Position numbers and translations under genes: made by a program
Shown here: one piece after another, positions 51,977 to 62,527 of the stretch
Numbering within the stretch: the stretch's first letter is position 1
Layout: every line of letters begins with the position of its first letter
Assembly: GCF_035515035.1 (NCBI RefSeq)
Contig: NZ_DATJCA010000041.1
Location: 1,705-65,704, forward strand
DNA length: 64,000 nucleotides
Reading direction: 5' to 3'
DNA from: Gelidibacter sp.
Lineage (GTDB): Bacteria; Bacteroidota; Bacteroidia; Flavobacteriales; Flavobacteriaceae
Notes under the pieces: generated by a model
What the model was told of the DNA's origin: nothing
Databases searched by the model: none
What the model saw: only the letters and a program-made list of their open reading frames with translations

Positions 51977-52334
51977 ATAATCTAACAAAAATAAATTAGC
52001 CTTAACATCTCTTTATATAGCCCATTATATCCCTTTATAAAGTTCCGTATTAATTAAAATCGCAGAAGCTCAGAGGCAGATGGCGTTTAAAAATAAGAGA
52101 GAATTGAAATGACGATTAAATCTTATTTTTGTTGGTAATGGAGTGGTCTTTTTTTAATCATTGAACTCAATTTTTCCTTGGTATACCTATTTGATTTCGA
52201 ACCTTTAATTCGTGCATTAACAATTTTTAAGAGAACCGAGCTTCAATGTTAATCCTATCCCAAATAAGATTTCTTTAAGATAAAAGTGAGGCATGGGTTT
52301 GTAACTTAGTGAGGAACTTAAAAATTATAAACTC

Positions 52335-52808
52335 ATGAAAACCTCATTAGAAAAAGCTAGAGAACAAACACATAAAGATACCGTCAACGTTTTACAAGGT
52401 ATCATAGAAAAGAATTATGATGCTGAAAAAGGCTATAAAAAAGCGATGCAGGATGCAAAAAATCCAGCGTTAAAAAACTTTTTAAAACAGCAGGCTTTAC
52501 AACGCAGCACTTTTGCGACAGCAATTGATAAAGAGCTACGCGATTTGGGGGAAGCTCCCAAAGAAAGTGGCAGTGTCACCGGAAGTTTACACCGTGCGTG
52601 GATTGACATTAAGAGCTCTGTCGCCGGAAACGACGATGAAGCTGTTCTGGAAGAAGTGATTCGCGGAGAAAAAGCGAGTGTTGAAGAGTATGAAGAGGTG
52701 ATGAAGAATAATACCTTGGCACCTCATATCAACAGTGTGCTGCAATCACAGTTAAGAGATATCCAAGGCACGCTCAACCGCGTAAGAACGCTTGAAGATA
52801 TTGCGTAA
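52335..52808 (+). CDS. PA2169/DUF2383 family ferritin-like four-helix bundle protein
   Basis: EKNYDAEKGY, GSLHRAWIDIK, EEVIRGEKASVEEY. Confidence 0.9.
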   Translation: MKTSLEKAREQTHKDTVNVLQGIIEKNYDAEKGYKKAMQDAKNPALKNFLKQQALQRSTFATAIDKELRDLGEAPKESGSVTGSLHRAWIDIKSSVAGNDDEAVLEEVIRGEKASVEEYEEVMKNNTLAPHINSVLQSQLRDIQGTLNRVRTLEDIA

Positions 52809-52834
52809 TTTAGATTGATAAAAATTACAACAAT

Positions 52835-52864
52835 AAAAGACCTCCGTATAAGGAGGTTTTTTTT
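52835..52864. terminator. Bidirectional intrinsic terminator
   Basis: AAAAGACCTCC-GTATAA-GGAGGTTTTTTTTT. Confidence 0.85.
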
Positions 52865-52896
52865 GTTTCAATTTGGATTTAAACCACCACCAATCC

Positions 52897-54594
52897 TTAC
52901 CAGCTTCCGCCACCCCCGCCGCCAAATCCACCGCCCGATGAACCTCCACCTCCAGACGAGCCACTGCTGCTTGGCGAACTGACCATGGTGGACTTTGCGG
53001 ACGACATCGTATTTGCAAACGAATTGGAAAAACGGTTCATGGTTAATGGCATTGTTGAAGATGAACTATACCATTGTGGTGGTGGTATGTTTAACGCATC
53101 AAACTTATTTGCCCATTTATCAAACAGTCCAAAGGCCAGTGCATAACCCATGGTGGTTTCAAAATAGGAAGGGTCTTCTGCAATCAGCATTTTTAATTTA
53201 TTTAGTTCAGCAACTTTTATGAACTGTTTGAAACCTTTCAATTCAGAAAAAGCAGTATTCCCTTTCGTGTTCTTTTTTATCATGTGCTTGTTCATAAAGA
53301 GCAAGAATGCACTTATAATAATCAGGGCAATTACTGCAACAAAGCCCCAAACATATAACATTAGAGGTGCCAAGGCCAGAGCCAACAAAACAAGCATCAC
53401 ATAAGTTACAATCTGTACCCTTCTGGCTTGCGAATCATAATAGGGTTTGGCGGCTTTTTTTAATGTACCGCGCGCACTGCTCATGGTGGTATAAAATTTG
53501 TTTTTTAAGCTACTGATGAGAACTTCCGTAGTATTTTGAATGATGGACCTACCAAACAGCCCCTCAAAAATGGTCTTTTCATAGCTGGAAGCGTCGTCAG
53601 GCAAAGGTTTTAGAGCTATTAACTTGGTATCAGCAGATGAAAACCAGCCTTTTTTTGGAATCTCTTCTATTCTTAAAATCCCTTTGGAACCCCAATATGG
53701 AATCAAGGAAATCAGATCTGAGATATCATCGGCATCATTGATCAAGAAGCCCGCCATGGCAGGATCCATGCCGTCCGGTGGAAAATAACTTGTAATGCTG
53801 ATCACTTTATCATCCTTACCAAAACGCAACCAAATCATATAAAAACCTCCCAGGAGTGCTGTCAATATCAACACCCAACCATAATCTGTCCAAAATGGCC
53901 ATAGCGGTTTAATTTCTGCGATAGAACCCGTTGGCAGGTTAATTAAGATGGTCACACTTTGCCCTGGATAGGAATTAAAGCCAGGTTTGGCTCTACCCTC
54001 TATTAGGTTATTGACAACGGTAAAGTCAATTTCCTGGCTAGGCGTAGTTTCACCTAACACTCCAGAATAGACAAACACATCATCTGAATCTACTGTAACT
54101 GAAGGCGGTAATTGGATCTTAAATTCAATAGTATTGAAAGTGGTCCTCCAATCGCTAGGTTTTAAGTTCCAGTAGAATTTTATGCCATCCGACTCATACA
54201 GAAAGGCGTTATGTACACGGTATCTGATCTCATACTGTTGGGGTCCCATAACGGTCCTGTTGGGGTCACCAATCTTAATTTGATAGGTTTCCGACAGTTT
54301 CTGAGCAAAGGTTGATGGCTTTTCAAACGCATGTCCAGGTACGGCAACATCACTAATTTTAATCTTTCGGTTTTCTTGGTTGCCCCCTTCGGTCAAAAGA
54401 TCATATCTGGTCTGGATATCTCTATAAATTCCGTGTTTTGACGTTTCAAAAGTGAGATTGTATTTTTCAATTACATCAAAATAACCTTCTTCATGCACGG
54501 TAATGTCCACCGCATAGTGATCGACCGTAAAATCTTGGGCATACCCAAAATTCAGGCCCAGAAAGGCAAGGAAAATAAATATGGGCTGTTTCAT
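52897..54594 (-). CDS. DUF2207 family membrane protein
   Basis: HGIYRDI, IKIGDP, YWNL, YALAFGL..KW, Gly/Ser tail GGGGGGSW. Start set at MKQPIF. Confidence 0.9.
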   Translation of the reverse strand: MKQPIFIFLAFLGLNFGYAQDFTVDHYAVDITVHEEGYFDVIEKYNLTFETSKHGIYRDIQTRYDLLTEGGNQENRKIKISDVAVPGHAFEKPSTFAQKLSETYQIKIGDPNRTVMGPQQYEIRYRVHNAFLYESDGIKFYWNLKPSDWRTTFNTIEFKIQLPPSVTVDSDDVFVYSGVLGETTPSQEIDFTVVNNLIEGRAKPGFNSYPGQSVTILINLPTGSIAEIKPLWPFWTDYGWVLILTALLGGFYMIWLRFGKDDKVISITSYFPPDGMDPAMAGFLINDADDISDLISLIPYWGSKGILRIEEIPKKGWFSSADTKLIALKPLPDDASSYEKTIFEGLFGRSIIQNTTEVLISSLKNKFYTTMSSARGTLKKAAKPYYDSQARRVQIVTYVMLVLLALALAPLMLYVWGFVAVIALIIISAFLLFMNKHMIKKNTKGNTAFSELKGFKQFIKVAELNKLKMLIAEDPSYFETTMGYALAFGLFDKWANKFDALNIPPPQWYSSSSTMPLTMNRFSNSFANTMSSAKSTMVSSPSSSGSSGGGGSSGGGFGGGGGGSW

Positions 54595-54681
54595 TGACAC
54601 AGGTCTAAAGTACGCAGACATGCTGCGCTGAAAAAATTAGCATAAAGAAATGCCACGGGGATTCAAAAATAACTGAAGTTG

Positions 54682-55236
54682 CTAAAAGCTTACTTTCACG
54701 TTCTCACGGCTAGCGGCGTCGGCTTCAAAAAAGTCGAAATGTTGGTATTTGAGCACCCCAGCAAACAAGGCACCTGGAAGACTTTCGCCATAAGTATTAT
54801 TCTCTCGGACCGTTCCGTTATAATAACGACGACTGCGTTCAAGATTTTCTTCAATCTCGTTGAGTTTGTTCTGCAAATCGAGGAAGCCAGCGTTTGCCTT
54901 TAAATCGGGATAGGCTTCACTAAGCGCAAAAATACTGCGTAAGGTTTGTTGCAGTTGGTTTTCTGCCTTTATCTGTGCATTGATGTCGCCATCCGGAACT
55001 TGCATAGCGGCATTACGCGCTTGAATAACCCTTTCTAACGTTTCTTTTTCGTGCGTGGCGTAACCTTTTACAGTTTCCACAAGATTCGGGATCAAATCAT
55101 AACGTCGCTTTAAGGCCACATCAATATTGCCCCAAGCATCCTTGACCACGTTTCGGTTTTTGGCAAAGTTGTTGAACACTGAAACCATTAAAAAAACAAG
55201 TAGGACAATAATGCCCAAAACGATATATCCAATCAT
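54682..55236 (-). CDS. lemA: LemA family protein
   Basis: N-terminal TM helix; IDVALKRRYDLIPNLVETVKGY, EAYPDLKA, RRYYN. Confidence 0.95.
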   Translation of the reverse strand: MIGYIVLGIIVLLVFLMVSVFNNFAKNRNVVKDAWGNIDVALKRRYDLIPNLVETVKGYATHEKETLERVIQARNAAMQVPDGDINAQIKAENQLQQTLRSIFALSEAYPDLKANAGFLDLQNKLNEIEENLERSRRYYNGTVRENNTYGESLPGALFAGVLKYQHFDFFEADAASRENVKVSF

Positions 55237-55376
55237 AAGCAGGTGGTTTTTAACGGAAATTCCGTTTTAAAACAGAAAATTCGTTCATTAACAAGAGAAC
55301 AATATAGTGATTTTTGCCGAACGCACAACTCGCGAATTGGCCGAACGATTTCTTGTAAACATCCTGTCCTGTAGAT

Positions 55377-56228
55377 TTATATCTTTTTAATTTCGATGCG
55401 TCGGTTTCTAGCTCTGCCATCATCGGTACTGTTGTCAGCGAGCGGTTGATCCTGCCCCAAACCAACAGTCTTAATTTTATCCGGGGCGATTCCCTTATTC
55501 ACTAAAGCCGCTTTTAAACTTGTGGCGCGTTGCTCAGATAAGGATTGATTGGAAGCTTTGTTGCCCACGTTGTCCGTATGGCCTTCCACTAAAATATAGA
55601 GTGTTGGATTCTCATTCATCATTTGGTAAAGCTCTGCGACTATATGTTCAGATTCGCTTTTGATGGTGGATTTTCCAGTTTCAAAATTAACATAAAGTGC
55701 AAGCGGAAGGCCAGAATTGATTTTTTCAAACATTTCGTTGGTGGCAATTTCCTGAGTCATTCCTTCGATGGTCAGAAGAACTAAGGTGAACTGATCCACT
55801 GGATTATTGATTAAATCGTAAATTCCCAACCAATATTCGGTGCCATCTTTTTGAAGATGAAATGTCGCGCCCGTCCAACCGCCGTCATCCGTAGTTCTGG
55901 AATACACTTTTTTTCCACCCATTTTGGCAACAGCATTTTCATAATTTCTAATGACCTGTAGCTTGCTAGGTAAATTAGGACCAAAAGGGCCGTCATAACT
56001 GTAAAGGATGTCAACAAGTGTTCCTTCCAATGTTTGGGTTTTGTCATTGCCCACCATAAACTCGTAAGTGTTATAATTCTCTTTGCATCCGTCAATATAA
56101 TAGTTGTCAAGACGATTAAAAAACGGATGGTCTTTACAGCCCTCTGCGTCCATTTCTTGAGCATAAAGAAGGTTGGTGACACAGGTCATTAAAAGCAGGA
56201 TAATAAATTTTAAGCTCAAATTTTTCAT
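55377..56228 (-). CDS. OmpA-family peptidoglycan-binding protein with N-terminal periplasmic domain
   Basis: GCKDHP N-domain; NFETGKS, EGHTD, NQSLSEQRA, RARNRRIE. Confidence 0.9.
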   Translation of the reverse strand: MKNLSLKFIILLLMTCVTNLLYAQEMDAEGCKDHPFFNRLDNYYIDGCKENYNTYEFMVGNDKTQTLEGTLVDILYSYDGPFGPNLPSKLQVIRNYENAVAKMGGKKVYSRTTDDGGWTGATFHLQKDGTEYWLGIYDLINNPVDQFTLVLLTIEGMTQEIATNEMFEKINSGLPLALYVNFETGKSTIKSESEHIVAELYQMMNENPTLYILVEGHTDNVGNKASNQSLSEQRATSLKAALVNKGIAPDKIKTVGLGQDQPLADNSTDDGRARNRRIEIKKI

Positions 56229-56394
56229 GATGTTATGTTTTAGGATTTACCATTCCATTTCTTTAGTACTCCAAATCCTACAAAAAATTGTCAAGAAAGG
56301 AAAAGAGAAATGTGCCAATAAGCCTTCTAATGGAATGGATTTTATTAATGTATGAAGTTATGCCAGCGAGTATTTTTTTCATTGGAAAAAAGTC

Positions 56395-57201
56395 TCAATT
56401 ATTTTCTGCATTTTTTCCTGAAAACAATTTTACAATACTGAGATTCCGATTGAAAAAATAACCAGGAGTTTCGCCCACAATGGCCTTGAAATCGTTAATG
56501 AAATGAGATTGATCGTAATAATTGCCATCAAACACCAAACTTTGATAATCTACTGCATGATCATTTCTTATTTTTGTCCATAGATAATCTAACCGAACAA
56601 TTCTGGCAAGGGTTTTAGGGCTCACTCCTGTTCGTTTGACAAATTTTCGAAGCAAGGTGCTTTTACTCGCGTGACACTCTTGAATGATAGTCCTTAAGGG
56701 AGTTGTAATGCTCTTTTCAACTATTTTAGTGTAGAGCATGTCCACGGCATCCGGAGAATAGGGAGTTTTTTGAACTGCATTAATAAACTCCGAAAAATAA
56801 ACTATGCGTTCCTCAGTAGTAGAAAAACTTGCAAGTGATTCCCATAGCCGATAAAAAATAGGTTGGGGCAAAGTGATACTGCGCTTGGAAACTGGCGACA
56901 AATTGACCTCAAACATCCGTGAAAACACGGTAGGATTACAGGCTATTGCTAAGCTATCCATCTCGCCTTGAAAGGTGAGCGTAAACGCGTCAGGAACAAT
57001 GGGTGCTACAAAAAGAGATTCCAATTTTATAGGTACATCTTGAGTTATGACAGGACGGTCTTTAAAATGGAACAGCAGAGAGATATAAGGACGGGGAATA
57101 AATTTATCAGACACCGACGGACCGCAAAAGTGATAGGACTCATAACCCTTAATCAGCCAGTTGTTATGCTCATCACTATCAACACTAGTTATGCTAATCA
57201 T
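56395..57201 (-). CDS. AraC family transcriptional regulator
   Basis: LLRKFVKRTGVSPK and YYDQSHFINDFK...GETP HTH motifs. Confidence 0.88.
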   Translation of the reverse strand: MISITSVDSDEHNNWLIKGYESYHFCGPSVSDKFIPRPYISLLFHFKDRPVITQDVPIKLESLFVAPIVPDAFTLTFQGEMDSLAIACNPTVFSRMFEVNLSPVSKRSITLPQPIFYRLWESLASFSTTEERIVYFSEFINAVQKTPYSPDAVDMLYTKIVEKSITTPLRTIIQECHASKSTLLRKFVKRTGVSPKTLARIVRLDYLWTKIRNDHAVDYQSLVFDGNYYDQSHFINDFKAIVGETPGYFFNRNLSIVKLFSGKNAENN

Positions 57202-57725
57202 CTCTCTACCTTATAATAAGGATAAAAATAGTATAAATTCCGCCTCCTATAACATAACCATAACTTCAAATTTTGATCTGTGGTCTTAAAATAACCTGCC
57301 AATAGTTGGTGTTGAGAAGGCCATCTATTATTTTGTTCTATCTTTTACAGAAAGTTGGCCCCCTTCTCCTACTCTATCCTGAAAAATAAATGAGAGGACT
57401 TAAAATGAAGCCAAGACGAAAAGTGAGGTTTGAACGTTAAGTAGTTTTTAAATATCATCATTAAAATAAAAGCTTACAAAATTTATGCACTCCTCAAAAT
57501 ACCAAATTAATTACTACATTAGTGCTTCAACAATAATCGTTACAATAGTGTACACTTGTATACTGTACTGTAGATTAGATGGTCCTAGGACGTCAATGCC
57601 CATAGATTTTTGCAAGAAATTTTCAAATTTAATGCGCAAACCAGATCTATTGTTTTGAAATGGTGAAATTATAAACCGAAAAAACTAAACGATTACTAAA
57701 ACACTTTTGCTTGAATTTTTATAAA

Positions 57726-58172
57726 ATGGAAAATACAAAGCTACACCTCTTACTTGCAGATGATGATATTGACGACTGTGATTTTTTTAAGGATGCCATA
57801 GATGAGATCTCAGATATTGGTGAACTTACCATATTGAATAACGGGGTGGAACTCATGAAGTTTTTAGTGAGCGACCCTGAAGTCCATCCCAATGTGATTT
57901 TTCTGGACCTCAACATGCCAAAAAAATCGGGAATGGAATGTATCTCAGAAATTAAAGCTTCACATGCCTTATCACATATCCCCATTATTATTTATTCTAC
58001 TTCTCTTGATCATACAGTGGTCAATACTTTATATGAATTGGGCGCTCATCATTACATCCAAAAACCAGCCGAATTTGGAAGTATAAAAAGTGTCATAAGA
58101 AAAGTAGTCGCACTATTAGGCGCATCCACATTACAACCACGTTCCAGAGACAACTTTATTATTCAACCTTAG
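57726..58172 (+). CDS. Single-domain response regulator
   Basis: LADDD, FLDLNMP, IIIYSTS, YIQKP. Confidence 0.92.
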   Translation: MENTKLHLLLADDDIDDCDFFKDAIDEISDIGELTILNNGVELMKFLVSDPEVHPNVIFLDLNMPKKSGMECISEIKASHALSHIPIIIYSTSLDHTVVNTLYELGAHHYIQKPAEFGSIKSVIRKVVALLGASTLQPRSRDNFIIQP

Positions 58173-58179
58173 TTATAGC

Positions 58180-61100
58180 ATGGTTATTAAGAATAAAACA
58201 TATCATTTTCTGGAAGGTAGTGGCGAAATGGGTCAACTTATCAGAGCAAAAGATTGGAGCCAGACTCCATTAGGCCATCCAGATAGTTGGCCAGAGAGTT
58301 TGCAAACTATGGTAAGTGTGATGCTAAACAATCCTTTTGGAATGTACATAGCATGGGGCAAAGAGTATACACAACTTTATAATGATGGCTATCGTCCCAT
58401 TTTGGCCGATAATAAACATCCTCAAGCTTTAGGGACCGGTGCAAAAGAATCCTTCCCTGAAATTTGGGACATCATAGAACCTATGTTTGATGGCGTCATG
58501 GAAGGGAATCCCATAGGTTTTACAGATTTTATGCTGCCATTAAACCGAAACGGAAAGATTGAAAAGTGTTATTTTGATTTTGCTTATAGCCCTATAAAAA
58601 TGTCTAATGGCGAGGTGGGCGGTGTCTTGGTGACCACCATAGAAACAACTCATAAGAAGAAAGCTGAGGACGCTTTAAGAGAGAACAAAAATGAATTGGA
58701 ATTTGTCATAGATACCGCTCAATTAGGAACTTTTGATTATAATCCTGCAACTCATAAATTTTCTGCCAATACAAGGTTAAAAACCTGGTTTGGGCTACCA
58801 ACAGATGAACAAATTGAACTCAACCACGCGCTTGATGTTATCGTAAAAGAAGACAAGGAACGCGTCTTAAAGGCCATTACCAAAGTCTTGAAAGATTCTT
58901 CTGGGAGTTTTGATATAGAGTACAGTATTTTAACTTCGGATTCAATTAAACCCTCGGTCGTTCATGCTAAGGGCAGGGCATGGTTTAACGAAGAGAATGT
59001 TGCCTATAGATTGACCGGCACTTTGGAAGACGTTACCAATAGGGTCTGGGAAAGAAAAAAAATTGAAGAAAGCGAAAGGCTGCTTCGACTCATGATCCTT
59101 CAAGCTCCCGTTGCCATAGCCATCATGAGGGGTGCGGACTATCGCGTAGAAATTGTCAATAAATTAGCGCTTGAAATTTGGGGAAGAACAGAGGAACAGG
59201 TCTTAAACAAACCCATATTTGAGGCCATGCCAGAACTTTTGTCACAAGGCATAAAAACCTTTATTGATGATGTAGCCAAAACCGGAAATCGTTTTTCTAC
59301 TCCTGAAATGCCGGTAGAATTTTCCATAAAAGGGGAACTACAAATGGTTTATATTAATTTTTCATTTGAAGCACTTTATGATAGTGAAGGAAAAATTAAT
59401 GGAATAATGGCGATTGGAGTGGATGTGACCCCACAAGTAGAAGCACGGAAAAAAGTTGAAGAAAGTGAGCAGAATATACGCGCCTTGGTAAATAGCGCGC
59501 CTTTTCCTATTGGTGTTTTTGCCGGAGAAGAGATGCGGATCACGCTTGCCAATCAATCCATCATGGATGCTTGGGGAAAAGGCTATGATGTGGTTGGGAA
59601 ATTATATACTGAGATCCTGCCAGAATTAGGAAATCAACAAATATTTGATCAAATACGCAAGGTTTTAAATACCGGTATTCCCTTTCACGCTAAAAATCAA
59701 AGAATTGAAATCGAATTAAATGGCGTCTTGGATGTCTTTTATTACAATTACAATTTTACACCGTTAATTGATGCATCGGGTCATGTCTATGCAGTAATGA
59801 ATACAGCCGCCGATATCACGGGACTTCATGAAGCCAAACAGAAAGTAGAGGAAAGTGAAAAAAGATTCCGTGATACAGTTAAACAGGCACCATTAGGGAT
59901 TGTTATTTTCCGAGGTCCGGAACATGTGGTTGAAATGGCCAATGAAAATTATTTACAGCTCATAAATAAAAAGGAAGATGAATTTGTTGGGAAACCACTC
60001 TTTGAAACCTTACCCGAAGTTAAAGAGGTCATGGCCGCAAGAATTGCCGATCTTTATAAAAGCGGAAAATCCTTCTACGGTTACGAATTTCCAATTAGTC
60101 TCAACCGTTATGGAACAACAGAAACAGGCTATTACAATTTTGTCTATCATCCGCTAAAAGAAAACAACACCATAAGTGGTGTTATGGTAGTTGCTACAGA
60201 GGTCACTGCTACCGTAAAGGCAAAACATTTAATAGAGGAAAACGAAGAAAAGCTGAAGCTTATTATAGAAGCTAGTGAACTGGGAGTTTATGATGTCAAT
60301 TTAAAATCTGGCAAAATTGTCGCCTCAAAACGTTGCTATGAGATTTTAGGCTTTCCTGAAAATACACATTTAACCCATAAGGATATTATCAACCACCTTC
60401 ATCCCGACGATCTTATTATTAGGAAAAAAGCTTTTGAAAAGGCTTATGCAAATGGCGTTCTTCATTACCAGTCACGAGTGGTATGGAAAGATCACTCTTT
60501 ACACTGGATAGACGCCAAAGGCAAAATGTTTTATGACGAAGAAAACCAACCCCACCGCCTGTTGGGAACCGTAAGGGAAATTACCGAAGAACGAACTTTT
60601 CAGCAACAATTATTGGAGCGGGAAGAAAAATTCAGGCTTCTGGCAGACTCCATGCCGCAACATGTATGGACTTCAGATCCGGAGGGCAATCTCAACTATT
60701 TTAATCAATCTGTTTTTGATTTTTCAGGGTTGACGCCCGAACAAGTTATTGAAGAAGGATGGATCCAGATTGTGCATCCAGATGACTGGGAAGAGAACCT
60801 GAAACAATGGACAAATGCAGTCCGTACCGGTAATGATTTCTTGCTAGAGCATCGTTTCAGAAAGCACAATGGCGAATACCGTTGGCAGTTAAGCCGCGCA
60901 ATCCCACAAAAGGACGCGGAAGGCAACATAAAAATGTGGGTGGGATCAAGTACTGATATCCAAGAACAAAAAATGTTTACAACGGAGTTGGAGAATATGG
61001 TGCAATTACGAACGAACGAGTTGGAAGAAAAGAATCTCGATCTTGAAAAAATAAATAAGGAATTGCAGTCTTTTGTTTATATCTCCAGCCACGATTTACA

Positions 61101-61764
61101 GGAACCTTTACGGAAAATCCAAACCTTCTCCTCCCGTATTTTAGAAACTGAATATGAAACACTATCAATTAATGCCAAGAAATACTTCAATAGAATGCAG
61201 AAGTCGGCTTATAGGATGCAAAATTTAATTCAAGATTTAATTGCCTATTCCAGAACCAACGTTCAAGAACTAACCTTTGAAGCTGTGGATCTTTCAGAAA
61301 TTATTGAAGATTTAAAAGAAACTTTAAGTGAAGAATTTGAGGAAAATAATGTGACTCTTAAACTTCATAATATATGTACAATCCATGCTATTCCTGTACA
61401 GTTTAAACAAATCATGCATAACTTGATCAGTAATTCCATAAAATTTGGCAAAACAGGTCATCCTGTAGTCATAGAAATTAATTGTGAAAAAGTAGCAGCA
61501 AGCTCTTTGGCCATAGGATCATTACCCGATTATCAAAATTTTTATCATATAAGTTATTCAGATAACGGCATTGGCTTTGAACCAGACTACAACGAGAAAA
61601 TATTTGAAGTATTTCAACGCCTTCATAGTAAAGACGAATATTCAGGCACGGGTATTGGGCTGGCCATCGTTAAAAGAATCGTTGAAAACCATGAGGGAGT
61701 AATTCTCGCAAATGGAACACTAAACGAAGGTGCCAAGTTTGACATCTATCTGCCTGCTGAATAA
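58180..61764 (+). CDS. Cytoplasmic multi-PAS sensor histidine kinase
   Basis: GEMGQLIRAKDWSQTPLG N-domain, about seven PAS/PAC repeats, SHDLQEPLRKI, DNGIGF, GTGIGL; no TM helix. Confidence 0.93.
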   Translation: MVIKNKTYHFLEGSGEMGQLIRAKDWSQTPLGHPDSWPESLQTMVSVMLNNPFGMYIAWGKEYTQLYNDGYRPILADNKHPQALGTGAKESFPEIWDIIEPMFDGVMEGNPIGFTDFMLPLNRNGKIEKCYFDFAYSPIKMSNGEVGGVLVTTIETTHKKKAEDALRENKNELEFVIDTAQLGTFDYNPATHKFSANTRLKTWFGLPTDEQIELNHALDVIVKEDKERVLKAITKVLKDSSGSFDIEYSILTSDSIKPSVVHAKGRAWFNEENVAYRLTGTLEDVTNRVWERKKIEESERLLRLMILQAPVAIAIMRGADYRVEIVNKLALEIWGRTEEQVLNKPIFEAMPELLSQGIKTFIDDVAKTGNRFSTPEMPVEFSIKGELQMVYINFSFEALYDSEGKINGIMAIGVDVTPQVEARKKVEESEQNIRALVNSAPFPIGVFAGEEMRITLANQSIMDAWGKGYDVVGKLYTEILPELGNQQIFDQIRKVLNTGIPFHAKNQRIEIELNGVLDVFYYNYNFTPLIDASGHVYAVMNTAADITGLHEAKQKVEESEKRFRDTVKQAPLGIVIFRGPEHVVEMANENYLQLINKKEDEFVGKPLFETLPEVKEVMAARIADLYKSGKSFYGYEFPISLNRYGTTETGYYNFVYHPLKENNTISGVMVVATEVTATVKAKHLIEENEEKLKLIIEASELGVYDVNLKSGKIVASKRCYEILGFPENTHLTHKDIINHLHPDDLIIRKKAFEKAYANGVLHYQSRVVWKDHSLHWIDAKGKMFYDEENQPHRLLGTVREITEERTFQQQLLEREEKFRLLADSMPQHVWTSDPEGNLNYFNQSVFDFSGLTPEQVIEEGWIQIVHPDDWEENLKQWTNAVRTGNDFLLEHRFRKHNGEYRWQLSRAIPQKDAEGNIKMWVGSSTDIQEQKMFTTELENMVQLRTNELEEKNLDLEKINKELQSFVYISSHDLQEPLRKIQTFSSRILETEYETLSINAKKYFNRMQKSAYRMQNLIQDLIAYSRTNVQELTFEAVDLSEIIEDLKETLSEEFEENNVTLKLHNICTIHAIPVQFKQIMHNLISNSIKFGKTGHPVVIEINCEKVAASSLAIGSLPDYQNFYHISYSDNGIGFEPDYNEKIFEVFQRLHSKDEYSGTGIGLAIVKRIVENHEGVILANGTLNEGAKFDIYLPAE

Positions 61765-61951
61765 ACGGCATTAAAAAAGCAGGTATTAGACTATCATTTT
61801 TGGCTTTTGAGACAACCAAAACATTTTAAAAATGTAAAATATGTGTACATTGGACGGTCAACGCAACCGCTTATTATGATAAGTTTTACTAGGAAAAATG
61901 GTGGTTACAAATTCAAAATAATGTTTAAATTCGCACTCTATTTCATACACT

Positions 61952-62515
61952 ATGAAAATCTTTATTAAATTTGATTTTACCCGTATCTGCACCAGAGTGA
62001 TTGATGAAAAGCTGGTTGGGCTTGGTATTAAATACCGAATGCTGAATTTTGGGGAGATCGAATTTTTGGAAGAGGTTCCTGATGATAAGATGAAAGCATT
62101 TAACGCGATTCTTAAAGAGTATGGCATCGAAAAAATAGAGAACCAAAAGGTTATCTTGGTTCAGAAAATAAAAGATACCATTATTGATATGGTATTGAAT
62201 TCCGACGAGGCCATCAACGTGAAAAGCTCAGTTTATCTGTCGGAAAAATTGGGGCATAGCTATGGCTATCTTTCAAATCTTTTTTCAGAAGTCACCTACA
62301 CTTCTGTTGAAAACTTTATCATTCTTCAACGCATTGAGCATGCAAAATCACTGATGATCAATACGGACTTATCGTTGACGGAAATTGCTTATAGATTACA
62401 ATATTCCAGTGTTGCACATTTAAGCACGCAGTTTAAGAACACAACAGGCATTACCCCCACCACATTTCAAAGAATTATTTCAAAAAGAAGAGAACTGAAC
62501 ACCAATAAAAACTAA
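61952..62515 (+). CDS. AraC family regulator (short, flavobacterial type)
   Basis: YLSNLFSE, LTEIAYRLQYSSVAHLSTQFK..TGITP. Confidence 0.9.
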   Translation: MKIFIKFDFTRICTRVIDEKLVGLGIKYRMLNFGEIEFLEEVPDDKMKAFNAILKEYGIEKIENQKVILVQKIKDTIIDMVLNSDEAINVKSSVYLSEKLGHSYGYLSNLFSEVTYTSVENFIILQRIEHAKSLMINTDLSLTEIAYRLQYSSVAHLSTQFKNTTGITPTTFQRIISKRRELNTNKN

Positions 62516-62527
62516 GACTTAATTAAA

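Noticed and set aside
52289-52306. Sigma54 promoter before the PA2169-family gene (AGGCATGGGTTTGTA)
   Set aside because: The -24/-12 spacing is off by one base and the -12 GC is missing.
57241-57320. Integron attC-like site (CCTATAAC...)
   Set aside because: No complementary GTTRRRY end at a suitable distance, no cassette array and no integrase.
58180-61764. Internal repeats in the large kinase as a novel repeat system
   Set aside because: Explained by ordinary tandem PAS/PAC domains.
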